DNA of 64,000 nt. Source: SAR202 cluster bacterium Io17-Chloro-G2. GTDB taxonomy: Bacteria; Chloroflexota; Dehalococcoidia; Lucifugimonadales; UBA3495. A model generated the notes under the pieces. The model had not been told where the DNA came from, ran no database searches, and saw only the letters and a program-made list of their open reading frames with translations. Of the stretch, positions 19,929 to 29,433 are shown piece by piece. Every line of letters begins with the position of its first letter. Position 1 is the first letter of the stretch. Location of the stretch: the NCBI GenBank assembly GCA_002816875.1, contig MUCP01000016.1, positions 125 through 64,124 on the forward strand. The letters are read 5' to 3'. Made by a program: the position numbers and the translations under genes.

Positions 19929-20339
19929 TCAAGAGGGTGGTTGCAGCAACATGAAAGTGCCCAAGCCGCGGGCTATGAGGACCTGTTCTTCGCCGGTGAC
20001 CTCCATCTCACCGACCACGATCCTGCTGCCCTGGCTAAGGATTCTGGCGGTCGCGGTAAGTTTTCCATCTTTGGCCGGCGAAATGAAATTCATCTTGAGT
20101 TCTATCGTCACTGTTGGCTGACCCGGTTGCGACACGGAGTGGACCGCACGGGCAAATGCGAAGTCGGCCAGGGCAACGATGAGGCCGCCTTGGACGAATC
20201 CGGCCGTCTGGCGGTGCATGTCTTGGATCTCCATGAAGGCGCTGCCCACGCCGTCTTGTGAGATGCCGGCACGAATATCGAGAAGTTCGGCGAAAGGCGA
20301 CGGGGAGGATTCCTCGCCAGTGGTGGGATCGTCAGCCAT
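19929..20339 (-). CDS. PaaI-family hotdog-fold thioesterase
   Basis: ...QTAGFVQGGLIVALADFAFARAV..., about 136 aa, AGGAG RBS. Confidence 0.75.
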   Translation of the reverse strand: MADDPTTGEESSPSPFAELLDIRAGISQDGVGSAFMEIQDMHRQTAGFVQGGLIVALADFAFARAVHSVSQPGQPTVTIELKMNFISPAKDGKLTATARILSQGSRIVVGEMEVTGEEQVLIARGLGTFMLLQPPS

Positions 20340-20779
20340 GAAAAACACTCCTGTGCGCACGTTGGGAAGCCAATATCTGGGCTTGGCTATAGGTGTTGAC
20401 AGTTTCTGGATTGCGGCCCAGACCGATTCCCCACGATGGCCCCAGTATAGTCATGGTGCAAAGCCTTGGCCACTGAAACCCTTGCTTTGAGACGGCGTTT
20501 TTCAATCACCCATCAATGCAGATTATGTAGGGGGCGGATTACGTAGGGACGAGTTTTAAACTCGCCCCTGCCCGCACCGGCGATCCTACGTCCGTCGTCT
20601 GGCGCCAACGGGATTGGGCGTGAGTCAGCCCGGCTCAAATTCCCGGGTAATTCGAATGACGCTTCCCTTTGGAGAGGCGGTTGGCGTCAAAGCTCTATGG
20701 CTGGCTATAATCTATCTGTGGTCATTTCAATTTATGCAAGTGCCACGGCTTCCACCGGCGCCGGAGGAAACGATAACTT

Positions 20780-21163
20780 GTGATTAAAGGTGTGTTTATC
20801 GCCTTCGGGATCATGGTGGTTTGCCTCTTGATCCCCTTGGTCCATTTCGTTGCCGCGCCGGCATCTCCGTTCATCGGCGGCTACATAGGCATATCGTCGG
20901 CTCGGAACGATCTGCGGACTCCGGTGGCAAAAGCCACCATCTTCGGGTCCCTACTGGGTGGCCTGGTTTTGATCATTTCGGTCTTGGCTTCGGCGGTGAT
21001 AATGGCGTTGGCTGACTTGGGCCGGTTCCTGTGGGTCCTATGGGGTGGAGTGGCCATATTGGCCATGTACACGGCCAGCATGAGCGCCATGGGGGCCCTG
21101 TTCTCGTTGCTTAAGGCGGAATCTGAAAACCGGGTCTCAGACACTGGGACCGGGACCAGTTAG
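20780..21163 (+). CDS. Small integral membrane protein (about 4 TM), unknown function
   Basis: Hydrophobic segments throughout. It is the first gene of a same-strand run leading into larB. Confidence 0.55.
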   Translation: MIKGVFIAFGIMVVCLLIPLVHFVAAPASPFIGGYIGISSARNDLRTPVAKATIFGSLLGGLVLIISVLASAVIMALADLGRFLWVLWGGVAILAMYTASMSAMGALFSLLKAESENRVSDTGTGTS

Positions 21164-21323
21164 ACTGGTGGGAATCAGGGAGTACCCCGGACGAATTCAT
21201 AGCCTCCATACATCCCAAACCTGGCATCCCAAACCTGTGCTGATCCAGGCTCGGATATTCTTGACACTGGATTAAACCCAAGGCTATGATTGCCACCCAT
21301 GTGACTGCGGTTATCCCTTTTTT

Positions 21324-22124
21324 ATGCGAACCTCCAACCTACGACACCACTTGGAAGCTCTGCGTGACGGCAACCAGAGCGTAGACGAAGTGCTGCAATC
21401 GCTCCGAGACCTTCCTTTCGAGGACCTGGATTTTGCCAAGGTAGACCATCACCGGCCCCTTCGTACCGGCTTCCCTGAAGTGGTCCTGGGTCTGGGTAAA
21501 ACCGCTAAGCAGGTCTCGAAGATCGTCGAGTCACTGGCGGCAAAGGGAAACCCGGTACTGGTCACCAGGACCGATCTATCTGCTTTCCAAGCCACCCAAG
21601 AACGAACGCCCAACGCTGTATTCAACGAGTTGGCTAAAACCATTGTGGCGCCTGGCCATCATCCGGTCCCCAAGTTGCCGGGGGTCGTGGTTTTGACCGC
21701 TGGGACGGCGGACTTGCCGGTGGCCGAGGAAGCCGCGGTCACCGCCGAGTTGATGGGCAGCCAGGTTGTCCGGGTCAACGACGTGGGCGTCGCCGGACTC
21801 CACCGGCTTTTGGACTCCCTGCCGGTGTTGAAGCAGGCGAATGTGATCGTGGTCGTCGCCGGGATGGAAGCCGCTATTGCCGGCGCGGTCGCCGGTCTGG
21901 TTTCGTCCCCTGTGGTGACCGTCCCCACCAGTGTTGGCTACGGCGCCAGTTTCGATGGCCTTGCGGCGCTGTTGGGTATGATGAACAGTTGCGCGCCCGG
22001 GATAGCGGTGGTGAACATAGACAATGGATTTGGCGGAGGGTATCTGGCCGCCCAGATCAACTCTCAGACCAGACCCCAATCCGGCCCCCAGACCATCGAA
22101 ACGGCCCGGCCCGCTGGTGACTAG
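21324..22124 (+). CDS. larB: Nickel-pincer cofactor biosynthesis protein LarB (PurE-like carboxylase/hydrolase)
   Basis: FAKVDHHRPLRTGFPEVVLGLGKT, LTAGTADLPVAEEAAVTAELMG, DVGVAGLHRLL, VVAGMEAA, VPTSVGYGASFDGLAALLGMMNSCAPGIAVVNIDNGFGG. Confidence 0.9.
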   Translation: MRTSNLRHHLEALRDGNQSVDEVLQSLRDLPFEDLDFAKVDHHRPLRTGFPEVVLGLGKTAKQVSKIVESLAAKGNPVLVTRTDLSAFQATQERTPNAVFNELAKTIVAPGHHPVPKLPGVVVLTAGTADLPVAEEAAVTAELMGSQVVRVNDVGVAGLHRLLDSLPVLKQANVIVVVAGMEAAIAGAVAGLVSSPVVTVPTSVGYGASFDGLAALLGMMNSCAPGIAVVNIDNGFGGGYLAAQINSQTRPQSGPQTIETARPAGD

Positions 22125-23067
22125 CAAAACTTTGTTGCTCCTGGTGGTCTTCGCGGCGCTGGTCGCCGTTGGTCTGTTCGGTTACGGTGATTTTGGGGAA
22201 ACCCTAAGGCAGCTGGCCAACTTTCCGGTAACCCATCTGTTTGCGGCCCTGGCGTTGGCGTCGCTGAATTATGTCTTGCGGTTTCTTCGGTGGTCATATT
22301 ATCTACATGTGCTAGAGATCAAACTCTCGTTGGCCTCCAGCGCCCTGGTCTTTCTCTCCGGCCTGGCCATGTCCATCACTCCAGGCAAGACGGGAGAAGT
22401 GCTAAAAAGTTACCTGCTGCGGGACCGCACCGGCGTGCCGGTTTCGACCTCATTGCCCGCCGTCGTGATGGAACGGCTCACCGATCTGGTCGCCGTGATC
22501 CTGCTGGGGCTGGTCGGGCTTGCTTTGCTGCCGACGCCGGTGCTGGTTACCCTGTCGGTGGCCCTGGTGTTCTGTGGCGCCGGGTTGTTGGCGGTGACCT
22601 CGAAGCACAGTCAACGCCTTGTGGATCTTCCGTTGCTGCGCCGGTGGAAAAGTGATTTGTTGAACTCCCATGATTCTCTGAGGGCCCTGGCGGCGCCCCG
22701 CGTAATGCTGGCGGCGGTGGGCCTGGGCGCGGTTGCCTGGTTCTGTGAAGGTATGGCCCTCTGGGTCATACTCCAAGGATTGGATAGTCCGTTGGCCATG
22801 TACAAGGTCTTGCCGATATATGCAGCGTCCACCCTGGTGGGCGCCATCACCACCATCCCCGGCGGGTTGGGCGGGACCGAGGGAAGCATGGTCGTCCTGT
22901 TGCAGCAAAGCGGTCTCGCCCGCGACGTGGCATCCGCGGGGACACTATTAGTGCGGGTGGTGACGCTCTGCTTCGCGGTCCTCCTGGGGCTCGCGGCTTT
23001 GGTTTGGGTCAAACGCATCCGGCGTGCCCCGTGGCCGGAACCCTCTAGTCTTCGGATCAAAGGTTAG
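22117..23067 (+). CDS. UPF0104 / lysylphosphatidylglycerol-synthase-TM (flippase-like) membrane protein
   Basis: The GTG overlaps the larB stop (GTGACTAG). Multi-TM, with LRFLRWSYYL...ITPGKTGEVLKSYLL. Confidence 0.7.
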   Translation: MTSKTLLLLVVFAALVAVGLFGYGDFGETLRQLANFPVTHLFAALALASLNYVLRFLRWSYYLHVLEIKLSLASSALVFLSGLAMSITPGKTGEVLKSYLLRDRTGVPVSTSLPAVVMERLTDLVAVILLGLVGLALLPTPVLVTLSVALVFCGAGLLAVTSKHSQRLVDLPLLRRWKSDLLNSHDSLRALAAPRVMLAAVGLGAVAWFCEGMALWVILQGLDSPLAMYKVLPIYAASTLVGAITTIPGGLGGTEGSMVVLLQQSGLARDVASAGTLLVRVVTLCFAVLLGLAALVWVKRIRRAPWPEPSSLRIKG

Positions 23068-23078
23068 GTTGAGGGCCA

Positions 23079-24026
23079 TTGGAATCCGAGGATAAATCCA
23101 AGAGGCCCGCAGGAGTCAGCCTATTGCTCGAGTCGATCTGGGCCTTGGTGCGGGCCATGCGGCCACACCAATGGATCAAGAACCTGCTCATCTTCTTACC
23201 CCTCGTTTTTGCCGTTCGCGTCGCCTGGTCCCTAAGCAGCTTGGACCGGGTGCCTGAGCTTCTCATCACACTGGTCGTGGTATTCGTGGCCCTGTGCGCC
23301 ATCGCTTCGGCCGTTTATCTACTCAACGACCTTTCGGACAAAAAATCCGACCAATTGCACCCCATAAAGAGTAAACGCCCCATACCCTCGGGCATGGTAA
23401 CCGTCCCTATCGCCGTTGCGGCTATGGTGCTGTTGGCGGCGGCGGGTGTTGCAATATTTGCGGCGGTTAACCTGGCTTTGGTTTGGATAATCTTGGTATA
23501 TATCGCCATCAACTTGGCATATTCCTTGGGCGCTAAGAAGATCGTGTTGGTGGACGTTTTGGCCGTAGCCAGTGGATACGTTATCCGGGTCGCCATCGGT
23601 GCGGCGGCCATCGGAGTCGTGCCGTCGCCGTGGCTCTACGCCACCACCGCAGCCGGGGCGCTTTTCATCGCTTTGGGACGGCGATATGCCGAGGTCAGGC
23701 TGGCCGGGGACCAGGCATCCAACCAGCGGTCGGTCCTGAGCCAATACGCGGGTCCTTTCATAGGCCAACTGCTCACCATATCGGCAACGGCATCGTGGTT
23801 GAGCTATACTTTATATACGGTGGAGGCGGACAATCTACCGGAAAACAACGCGATGTTGCTAACCATACCACTGGTTACTCTGGGCCTATTCAGGTATCTA
23901 TTCCTGCTAAACCACAACAAAGAAGCTGAGTCGCCGGAGCAATTGATTGTCCGGGACCTGCCCATGGTGTTCGCTATAATTTCATGGATGGCAGTATCAG
24001 CCGTCGTATTGCTGTTAAACGGGTGA
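23079..24026 (+). CDS. UbiA-family prenyltransferase (decaprenyl-phosphate phosphoribosyltransferase-like)
   Basis: MRPHQWIKNLLIF and the NDLSDKKSD (NDxxDxxxD) motif; multi-TM. Confidence 0.8.
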   Translation: MESEDKSKRPAGVSLLLESIWALVRAMRPHQWIKNLLIFLPLVFAVRVAWSLSSLDRVPELLITLVVVFVALCAIASAVYLLNDLSDKKSDQLHPIKSKRPIPSGMVTVPIAVAAMVLLAAAGVAIFAAVNLALVWIILVYIAINLAYSLGAKKIVLVDVLAVASGYVIRVAIGAAAIGVVPSPWLYATTAAGALFIALGRRYAEVRLAGDQASNQRSVLSQYAGPFIGQLLTISATASWLSYTLYTVEADNLPENNAMLLTIPLVTLGLFRYLFLLNHNKEAESPEQLIVRDLPMVFAIISWMAVSAVVLLLNG

Positions 24027-24065
24027 CCAACGGTCACTCCGGTTTTGACTTAAGGAGACACGGAT

Positions 24066-25211
24066 TTGGTTACTCCGGGTGACCCTATCTCCCGAACAGA
24101 GGAGCTCCCAGGAGTCCAGGCCAATCGGCCCGGCGGCCGTCCAACGGTCGCGGTGGTAGCCACCCGGCCGGAGACGGTATTCGATGACATGCAAAGGGTC
24201 ATGGAATTGGCGGGGGTGACCCAGCACTTGGATTCAGACACAGCCACGTTACTCAAGATCAATATCTCATGGCAGCATTGGTATCCTGGTTGTTCCACCT
24301 CCCCATGGCAACTGGAGGGGGTGATTCGAGGATTACGTAACCTGGGTTACCAAAACCTAATAGGGGCCCATAACGGCACCGTTGTGGTCGACTCTTTCGA
24401 GGGTGAGGAGAAGAATAAGCACAAGGCAGTGCAAGATAAACTCAGTTTGCCGGTACTCCACCTGGATTCCCCTCCAAACAAGTGGGTGCAATTCAAGCCA
24501 AAGGAGAAAATGTTGGTGCTGGACGATATTTTCCCCGAGGGGATACAAATCCCGGAATCCTTCGCGGGCAAAAATATCATTCAATTACCCACCATGAAAA
24601 CCCATGTGTTCACTACCATGACCGGGGCCATGAAAAATGCCTTTGGCGGTTTGTTGCACCGAAAGCGCCACTGGACCCATTCGGTGATCCATGAAACCCT
24701 GGTGGACCTTTTGGCCATTCAGCAAGAGATACATCCAGGTGTATTTGCCGTCATGGACGGGACTTTTGCAGGTGACGGCCCGGGCCCCCGGGCAATGCGG
24801 TGGCACATCAAAAACAGGATACTGGCTAGCGCCGACCAGGTTGCCATCGATGCGGTGGCCGCCAAGATGATGGGATTCGATCCCATGAGTATCAAGTTCA
24901 TCCGGCTGGCCCACGAACGCGGACTGGGCTGCGGCGACGTTTCCAAGATCGATGTCGTCGGCGAAGACATCAGCCAGGTAAACTGGGGATTCACCGGCGT
25001 CGAGAACACCTTCGCCAGCCGGGGCCAAAAGCTGATCTATTGGGGCCCCTTAAAACCGCTGGAGAATTTCCTGCTTAGATCGCCTTTGGTGGGCCTGTCC
25101 TATCTGGCGTCCAACCTGTATCACAACGGCTACTGGCTAAAGACCAAAGGACGCAGCCGAATCAAAGAAGCCCTGAAAACGGAATGGGGTGAGCTATTCA
25201 AATCGTACTAG
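24066..25211 (+). CDS. DUF362 domain protein
   Basis: LLKINISW..., LPTMKTHVFTTMTGAMKNAFGG, ASADQVAIDAV; AGGAG RBS 8 nt upstream of the TTG start. Confidence 0.75.
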   Translation: MVTPGDPISRTEELPGVQANRPGGRPTVAVVATRPETVFDDMQRVMELAGVTQHLDSDTATLLKINISWQHWYPGCSTSPWQLEGVIRGLRNLGYQNLIGAHNGTVVVDSFEGEEKNKHKAVQDKLSLPVLHLDSPPNKWVQFKPKEKMLVLDDIFPEGIQIPESFAGKNIIQLPTMKTHVFTTMTGAMKNAFGGLLHRKRHWTHSVIHETLVDLLAIQQEIHPGVFAVMDGTFAGDGPGPRAMRWHIKNRILASADQVAIDAVAAKMMGFDPMSIKFIRLAHERGLGCGDVSKIDVVGEDISQVNWGFTGVENTFASRGQKLIYWGPLKPLENFLLRSPLVGLSYLASNLYHNGYWLKTKGRSRIKEALKTEWGELFKSY

Positions 25212-25254
25212 ATCAACGCGTATTAGCCCCCGTTGGTAAAGGTTTTACTCAACC

Positions 25255-26385
25255 ATGGAAATCGCCATCATCGGACTGCCCCAAAGCGGAAAGACGACCC
25301 TATTCAATGCCCTGACCGGGGGGCATGCCGAGGCCACAGGAGCGGGCGGTGGCGGCGCGCAGATGCACGTTGGCGTGGTCAAAGTCGACGATCCACGGCT
25401 GGAAGTCCTAGCCCGCATCTACAACCCCAGGAAGGTGGTCTATCCCGAGATCAAATATTGGGACCTGCCTGCCTTCGAACCGTCAGCCCGGTCTCAAGCT
25501 TCATCCGGGCCGTCATCGGGTTCTTTTAACTTGGAAGGCCAATCTCGAAACATCCTTCAGGGCGCGGACGCTTTCATAGTGGCCGTCCGCGACTTTACCG
25601 AACCGGCGGTGATCCATCCCGCGGGTAGTGTTGACCCCGGCCGCGACCTGCGGTCCGTGCTAGAGGACCTGATCCTGGCGGACCTGGTGGTGTTGGAACG
25701 GGTCACTGAACGGTTGGAGGACGGGGTCAAAAAAGCCCTTCCGGCGGAGCGGCCCGCCTTGCTTCGCAAATCGGAGATCGTCAAAAAGGTGAAGCAGGGA
25801 ATCGAAGACGGGGTCCCCCTGCGGCGCCAGCAATTGACGGCTTCCGAATCGGTTTTGCTGGCCGAGTACCAGCTTCTTACCGGGAAACCGGTGATTGCGG
25901 CCTTCAACGTAGATGAATCCCGTGACGCCGGCGAGCGCATCTCGTTGGAGGCGTTGGGACTGCATGCTGCGGACGCCGGGACCGTGGGCAGCGTTAGCCT
26001 GTGCGCAAAATTAGAAGCCGACCTGTCCCTGATGTGCGGCGAAGAAGCCGAGGAATTTCGCAACGAATTGGGGTTGGCCGAGTCGGCCATGGCCAAGGTA
26101 GTGCGCGTCACCTACGATACGGTGGGCCTGGTCTCTTTCTTGACTGTGGGGGAGGACGAGGTACGGGCCTGGAGCATTCCGTCTGGTCTGCCGGCCCAGG
26201 AGGCCGCGGGCACGATCCATACTGATTTCACCCGCGGTTTCATCCGGGCCGAGGTGATTCCCTACGACGACCTGATCCGCTGCGGAAGCATTGCCCAGGG
26301 CCGCAAAGAGGGCGTATTGCGGTCCGAGGGCAAGACATACAACGTCCGCGATGGCGACGTCATCAATTTCTTGATCAACGTCTAG
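25255..26385 (+). CDS. ychF: Redox-regulated ATPase YchF/Ola1
   Basis: IGLPQSGKTTLFNALT; C-terminal TGS-like RAWSIP...GTIHTDFTRGFIRAEV...VRDGDVINFL. Confidence 0.9.
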   Translation: MEIAIIGLPQSGKTTLFNALTGGHAEATGAGGGGAQMHVGVVKVDDPRLEVLARIYNPRKVVYPEIKYWDLPAFEPSARSQASSGPSSGSFNLEGQSRNILQGADAFIVAVRDFTEPAVIHPAGSVDPGRDLRSVLEDLILADLVVLERVTERLEDGVKKALPAERPALLRKSEIVKKVKQGIEDGVPLRRQQLTASESVLLAEYQLLTGKPVIAAFNVDESRDAGERISLEALGLHAADAGTVGSVSLCAKLEADLSLMCGEEAEEFRNELGLAESAMAKVVRVTYDTVGLVSFLTVGEDEVRAWSIPSGLPAQEAAGTIHTDFTRGFIRAEVIPYDDLIRCGSIAQGRKEGVLRSEGKTYNVRDGDVINFLINV

Positions 26386-26420
26386 CCAGCCCATTCCAAG
26401 CTCGCCGGTTCAAAACCACG

Positions 26421-26924
26421 ATGATCAACATCCGTTCTTTTCAGGCCCAAGATGCGGAAGCGGTCCGGTCCCTGTTCGCCCAGGGATTGATGGACTTTGC
26501 CCAGGGATTCGAGCGCGAGGTCGGCGGGTACGTTCAGGAATCGCTGAACGACGACCTGGCTGACATAGACTCCAGCTACATGGATGACCCGGCCAACCAC
26601 TTCTGGGTCGCCGACGAAGATGGAGAGGTCAAAGGAATGGTGGGGGTCCAGCGGCGCAGCGATCAAGATGCGGAATTACGGCGGATGAGTGTAGCGTCCA
26701 CCGCCCGGCGCCGGGGGGTCGGTTTGATGCTTTTGGAAACCGTCGAGGCTTTTTGCCTGGAGCGGGGCCACCAACGGATCCAGTTGACCACGGTCAACCT
26801 TTTGACAGCGGCTATCGCCATGTACCGGCGGTTTGGTTTTGAGCTAACCGGCGAGGAAAGCTACGGCAGGATGTCCGCCCAGCATTACACCAAGGATTTG
26901 ACGGATCTATCCACGCGGGCCTGA
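26421..26924 (+). CDS. GNAT-family N-acetyltransferase
   Basis: AELRRMSVASTARRRGVGLMLLE...YRRFGF (acetyl-CoA binding motif A). Confidence 0.85.
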   Translation: MINIRSFQAQDAEAVRSLFAQGLMDFAQGFEREVGGYVQESLNDDLADIDSSYMDDPANHFWVADEDGEVKGMVGVQRRSDQDAELRRMSVASTARRRGVGLMLLETVEAFCLERGHQRIQLTTVNLLTAAIAMYRRFGFELTGEESYGRMSAQHYTKDLTDLSTRA

Positions 26925-26931
26925 CACACCA

Positions 26932-27297
26932 TCATGCGGGGTTGTCCAGGCACTTGGCGAAGCTCAATTCGTGGCCGTCGGGGTCGGTGATGTGGAAATA
27001 ACGCTCGCCCCACGGTGCGTCTGCAGGGGCGGCTTCGGGCGCCAACCCGGCGTTCACCATACGCAGGTAGATCGCGTCCACGTCGTCCACGTGGAATATG
27101 GCCCTGCCCCACCAGGACCAGGCCTCTTGGGCTGCCAGCACCAGATTCAGATAACCGGCGCCGATTTTAAAGCTGGTGAAAGAGGCGTCGGAGTCGCCAT
27201 AGGACGCGTCCAGATCCAGAGCCGCACGGTAGAATTCCACTGCCCGGGGCATGTCCCTTACAGCCAATGTGATTGCGCTTATGTGGCGGACCACCAC
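26932..27297 (-). CDS. VOC (glyoxalase/bleomycin-resistance) family protein
   Basis: ISAITLAVRDMPRAVEFY...FHVDDVD...DPDGHELSF. Confidence 0.8.
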   Translation of the reverse strand: MVVRHISAITLAVRDMPRAVEFYRAALDLDASYGDSDASFTSFKIGAGYLNLVLAAQEAWSWWGRAIFHVDDVDAIYLRMVNAGLAPEAAPADAPWGERYFHITDPDGHELSFAKCLDNPA

Positions 27298-27471
27298 CTT
27301 CTCTTCCTCTCTTCAGCCTGCCGATATACAATCCCCATTGATATGTGGCCTTGGCATCGGCGATGTTCTGGGTCAAAAACATGTTATCAATCCTGTCAGG
27401 GTGGGGTAAAGGCTCGGTCCTGCCTTAGGCCCATCTGGGTCACCAACAATGTATCGAAAAGTGTCTAGGTC

Positions 27472-28665
27472 ATGAAGATCGCCTACGTCCAGTCCATCGG
27501 CGGCGCCAGCGGAGACATGCTGTTGGCGGCATTGCTAGATGCGGGTCTTCCCTTGGACTTTCTCCAAGACGAATTGGCGAAATTGCCCGTGGCGGGCTAC
27601 GCCCTCAGCGCAATCCAAGAGGCTCGGCGCGAGATGCGAGGCCTGAAGTTGAACGTGGAGGTCAAAGAGCCTGCCAGGTATTCGCCCAAGCGCCTGTTGG
27701 AGATTGTCTCCTCTAGTGCGTTGGATCACAGGACCAAACAGCGGGCCGAAATGGTTTTGACGGCTCTTTGGACTGCTGAGGGCCGGGTGCATGGGGAATC
27801 ACAAGAGGAATTGGAACTGGAGGAGTTGGGCACTGTGGACACCCTGGTGGATGTGGTGGGTGTCAGCATCGGCCTTGATTATTTGGGAGTTGAGAAGGTT
27901 TACGCATCGCCCCTGGTGCTGGGCGCGGCCGAACCACCCCGAAGGCCTGGCGGCTACCCCAACCCGGCCCCGGCCACCTTGGAGCTGGCGGCCATGGCCG
28001 GAGCGCCGGTGGCCGCGGACCATCCGATGTACCAGGGCGCTGGCGAGTTGACCACTCCAACGGGCGCCGCATTGATCACCGCTCTAGCGGAATTTGACCG
28101 GCCTGCCCTCTCGGTGAAGTCCGTTGGTGTCGGTCTGGGTTCCAAAGACCCGGACAAATTTCCCAATATCCTGAAGGTATGGTTGGGGGAGATGACGCCG
28201 GCGCCGGTAACCGTGAGGCAGGGAGACATAGTGCTTTTGGAGACCAATCTTGATGATGTTCAAGGCGAAGTCATGGGGTATGCCCAGGAGCAGCTATTCT
28301 CACTGGGGGCATTTGACGTGTGGTGCACGCCCGTCCAGATGAAGAAAAACCGGCCTGGAGTGGTCTTGTCGGCGCTGGTGCCCCAACGTCTCGAGGATGC
28401 GGCGGTGCAGTTGATCCTGCGAGAAACGCCTACTCTTGGGGTGCGAACCCGTCCGGTGGAACGGTACGTGGCCCAACGGGAGAGTCTCGATGTTGAGACG
28501 GACCTGGGTGTCATCAGCGTAAAAGTGAAGTCTCTGGAAGGCGAACCCGTTGGCGTCGCCCCGGAATACGAGGACTGCCGGCGGGTCTCATTGGAGACCG
28601 GCGTCCCCTACCAAGAGGTCTACCAGAGGGCTTTAGCCGAGGCCAGGCGGCGCTTCCTAGGTTAG
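27472..28665 (+). CDS. larC: Nickel-pincer cofactor biosynthesis protein LarC (nickel insertion, DUF111)
   Basis: MKIAYVQSIGGASGDMLLAALLDAGL, VHGE...ELGTVDTLVDVVG, TPTGAALI, MKKNRPG. Confidence 0.9.
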   Translation: MKIAYVQSIGGASGDMLLAALLDAGLPLDFLQDELAKLPVAGYALSAIQEARREMRGLKLNVEVKEPARYSPKRLLEIVSSSALDHRTKQRAEMVLTALWTAEGRVHGESQEELELEELGTVDTLVDVVGVSIGLDYLGVEKVYASPLVLGAAEPPRRPGGYPNPAPATLELAAMAGAPVAADHPMYQGAGELTTPTGAALITALAEFDRPALSVKSVGVGLGSKDPDKFPNILKVWLGEMTPAPVTVRQGDIVLLETNLDDVQGEVMGYAQEQLFSLGAFDVWCTPVQMKKNRPGVVLSALVPQRLEDAAVQLILRETPTLGVRTRPVERYVAQRESLDVETDLGVISVKVKSLEGEPVGVAPEYEDCRRVSLETGVPYQEVYQRALAEARRRFLG

Positions 28666-28700
28666 ATATGCCTATTAACCTGGGGCCGGTTAAGCCGGGG

Positions 28701-29405
28701 TCAACGGCGGCGGGTCCGGCCGGGTAAGCCGGGATAGACTCCCTCGTCCAAAACCCACTCCACTCTTTTTTGAAAAGCCACGACCTCTTCCGGCAGCAGC
28801 AGTTCCACCAATTCTTTGAGTTTACCTTGCGGATCGGACAATTGCCGGGAGAGGTTTTCCACTGCGTTCAGCAGTTTTTTGGGAATACGCTCTCCGCAAT
28901 AGTCCCATATGACGGTGCGGATCTTGGTGTCGGCATGGAAGGTCAACCCGTGGTCAATGCTCCATAACTTTCCATCTGGGTCCACCAGCAAGTGGTTTGC
29001 CTTCCGGTCAGTGCTGTTGGCCACCAAGTCGAAACAGGCGATGGTCCGCAGCTGATTGCCGATCTCATCACCCAAAGTGTAGTAATTTTGCTTAGGGTCG
29101 TGCTCTACATATTGCTGCACCGAGCCGATGCCGTAGGGACCGTCCCGGATCACCGTGGGCGGTATAAGGTCCCAACCCAATACGCCGGCCAGCAGGTAAG
29201 CGGCGTACTCTCGCTTGTAAAGGGTGCCCGAGGGGAAATCCCACAGCGGTGATTCGCCATCCCTGGGCTTGTAGATGGCCAACCCGGTCCTGCCGTCCAT
29301 TTGCAACTGGACCAAAAAAGTGTAGTTGGAGCCCGCCGGGGTTAGCTGGCAAGAAAGGATTTCGCCGCCGGTCAAGAGCTCAAAGGTTGACTGGTCTAAG
29401 GTCAC
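28701..29405 (-). CDS. SCO1664-family protein (PI3/4-kinase-like fold)
   Basis: GSNYTFLV...AIYKPRDGE.PLWDFP.GTLYKREYAAY...NSTDRKANHLL...IDHGLTFH. Family recalled from memory; it is paired with DUF3090. Confidence 0.7.
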   Translation of the reverse strand: MTLDQSTFELLTGGEILSCQLTPAGSNYTFLVQLQMDGRTGLAIYKPRDGESPLWDFPSGTLYKREYAAYLLAGVLGWDLIPPTVIRDGPYGIGSVQQYVEHDPKQNYYTLGDEIGNQLRTIACFDLVANSTDRKANHLLVDPDGKLWSIDHGLTFHADTKIRTVIWDYCGERIPKKLLNAVENLSRQLSDPQGKLKELVELLLPEEVVAFQKRVEWVLDEGVYPGLPGRTRRR

Positions 29406-29433
29406 CTATAGCCTCATTCGCGGTGATTTTTGG

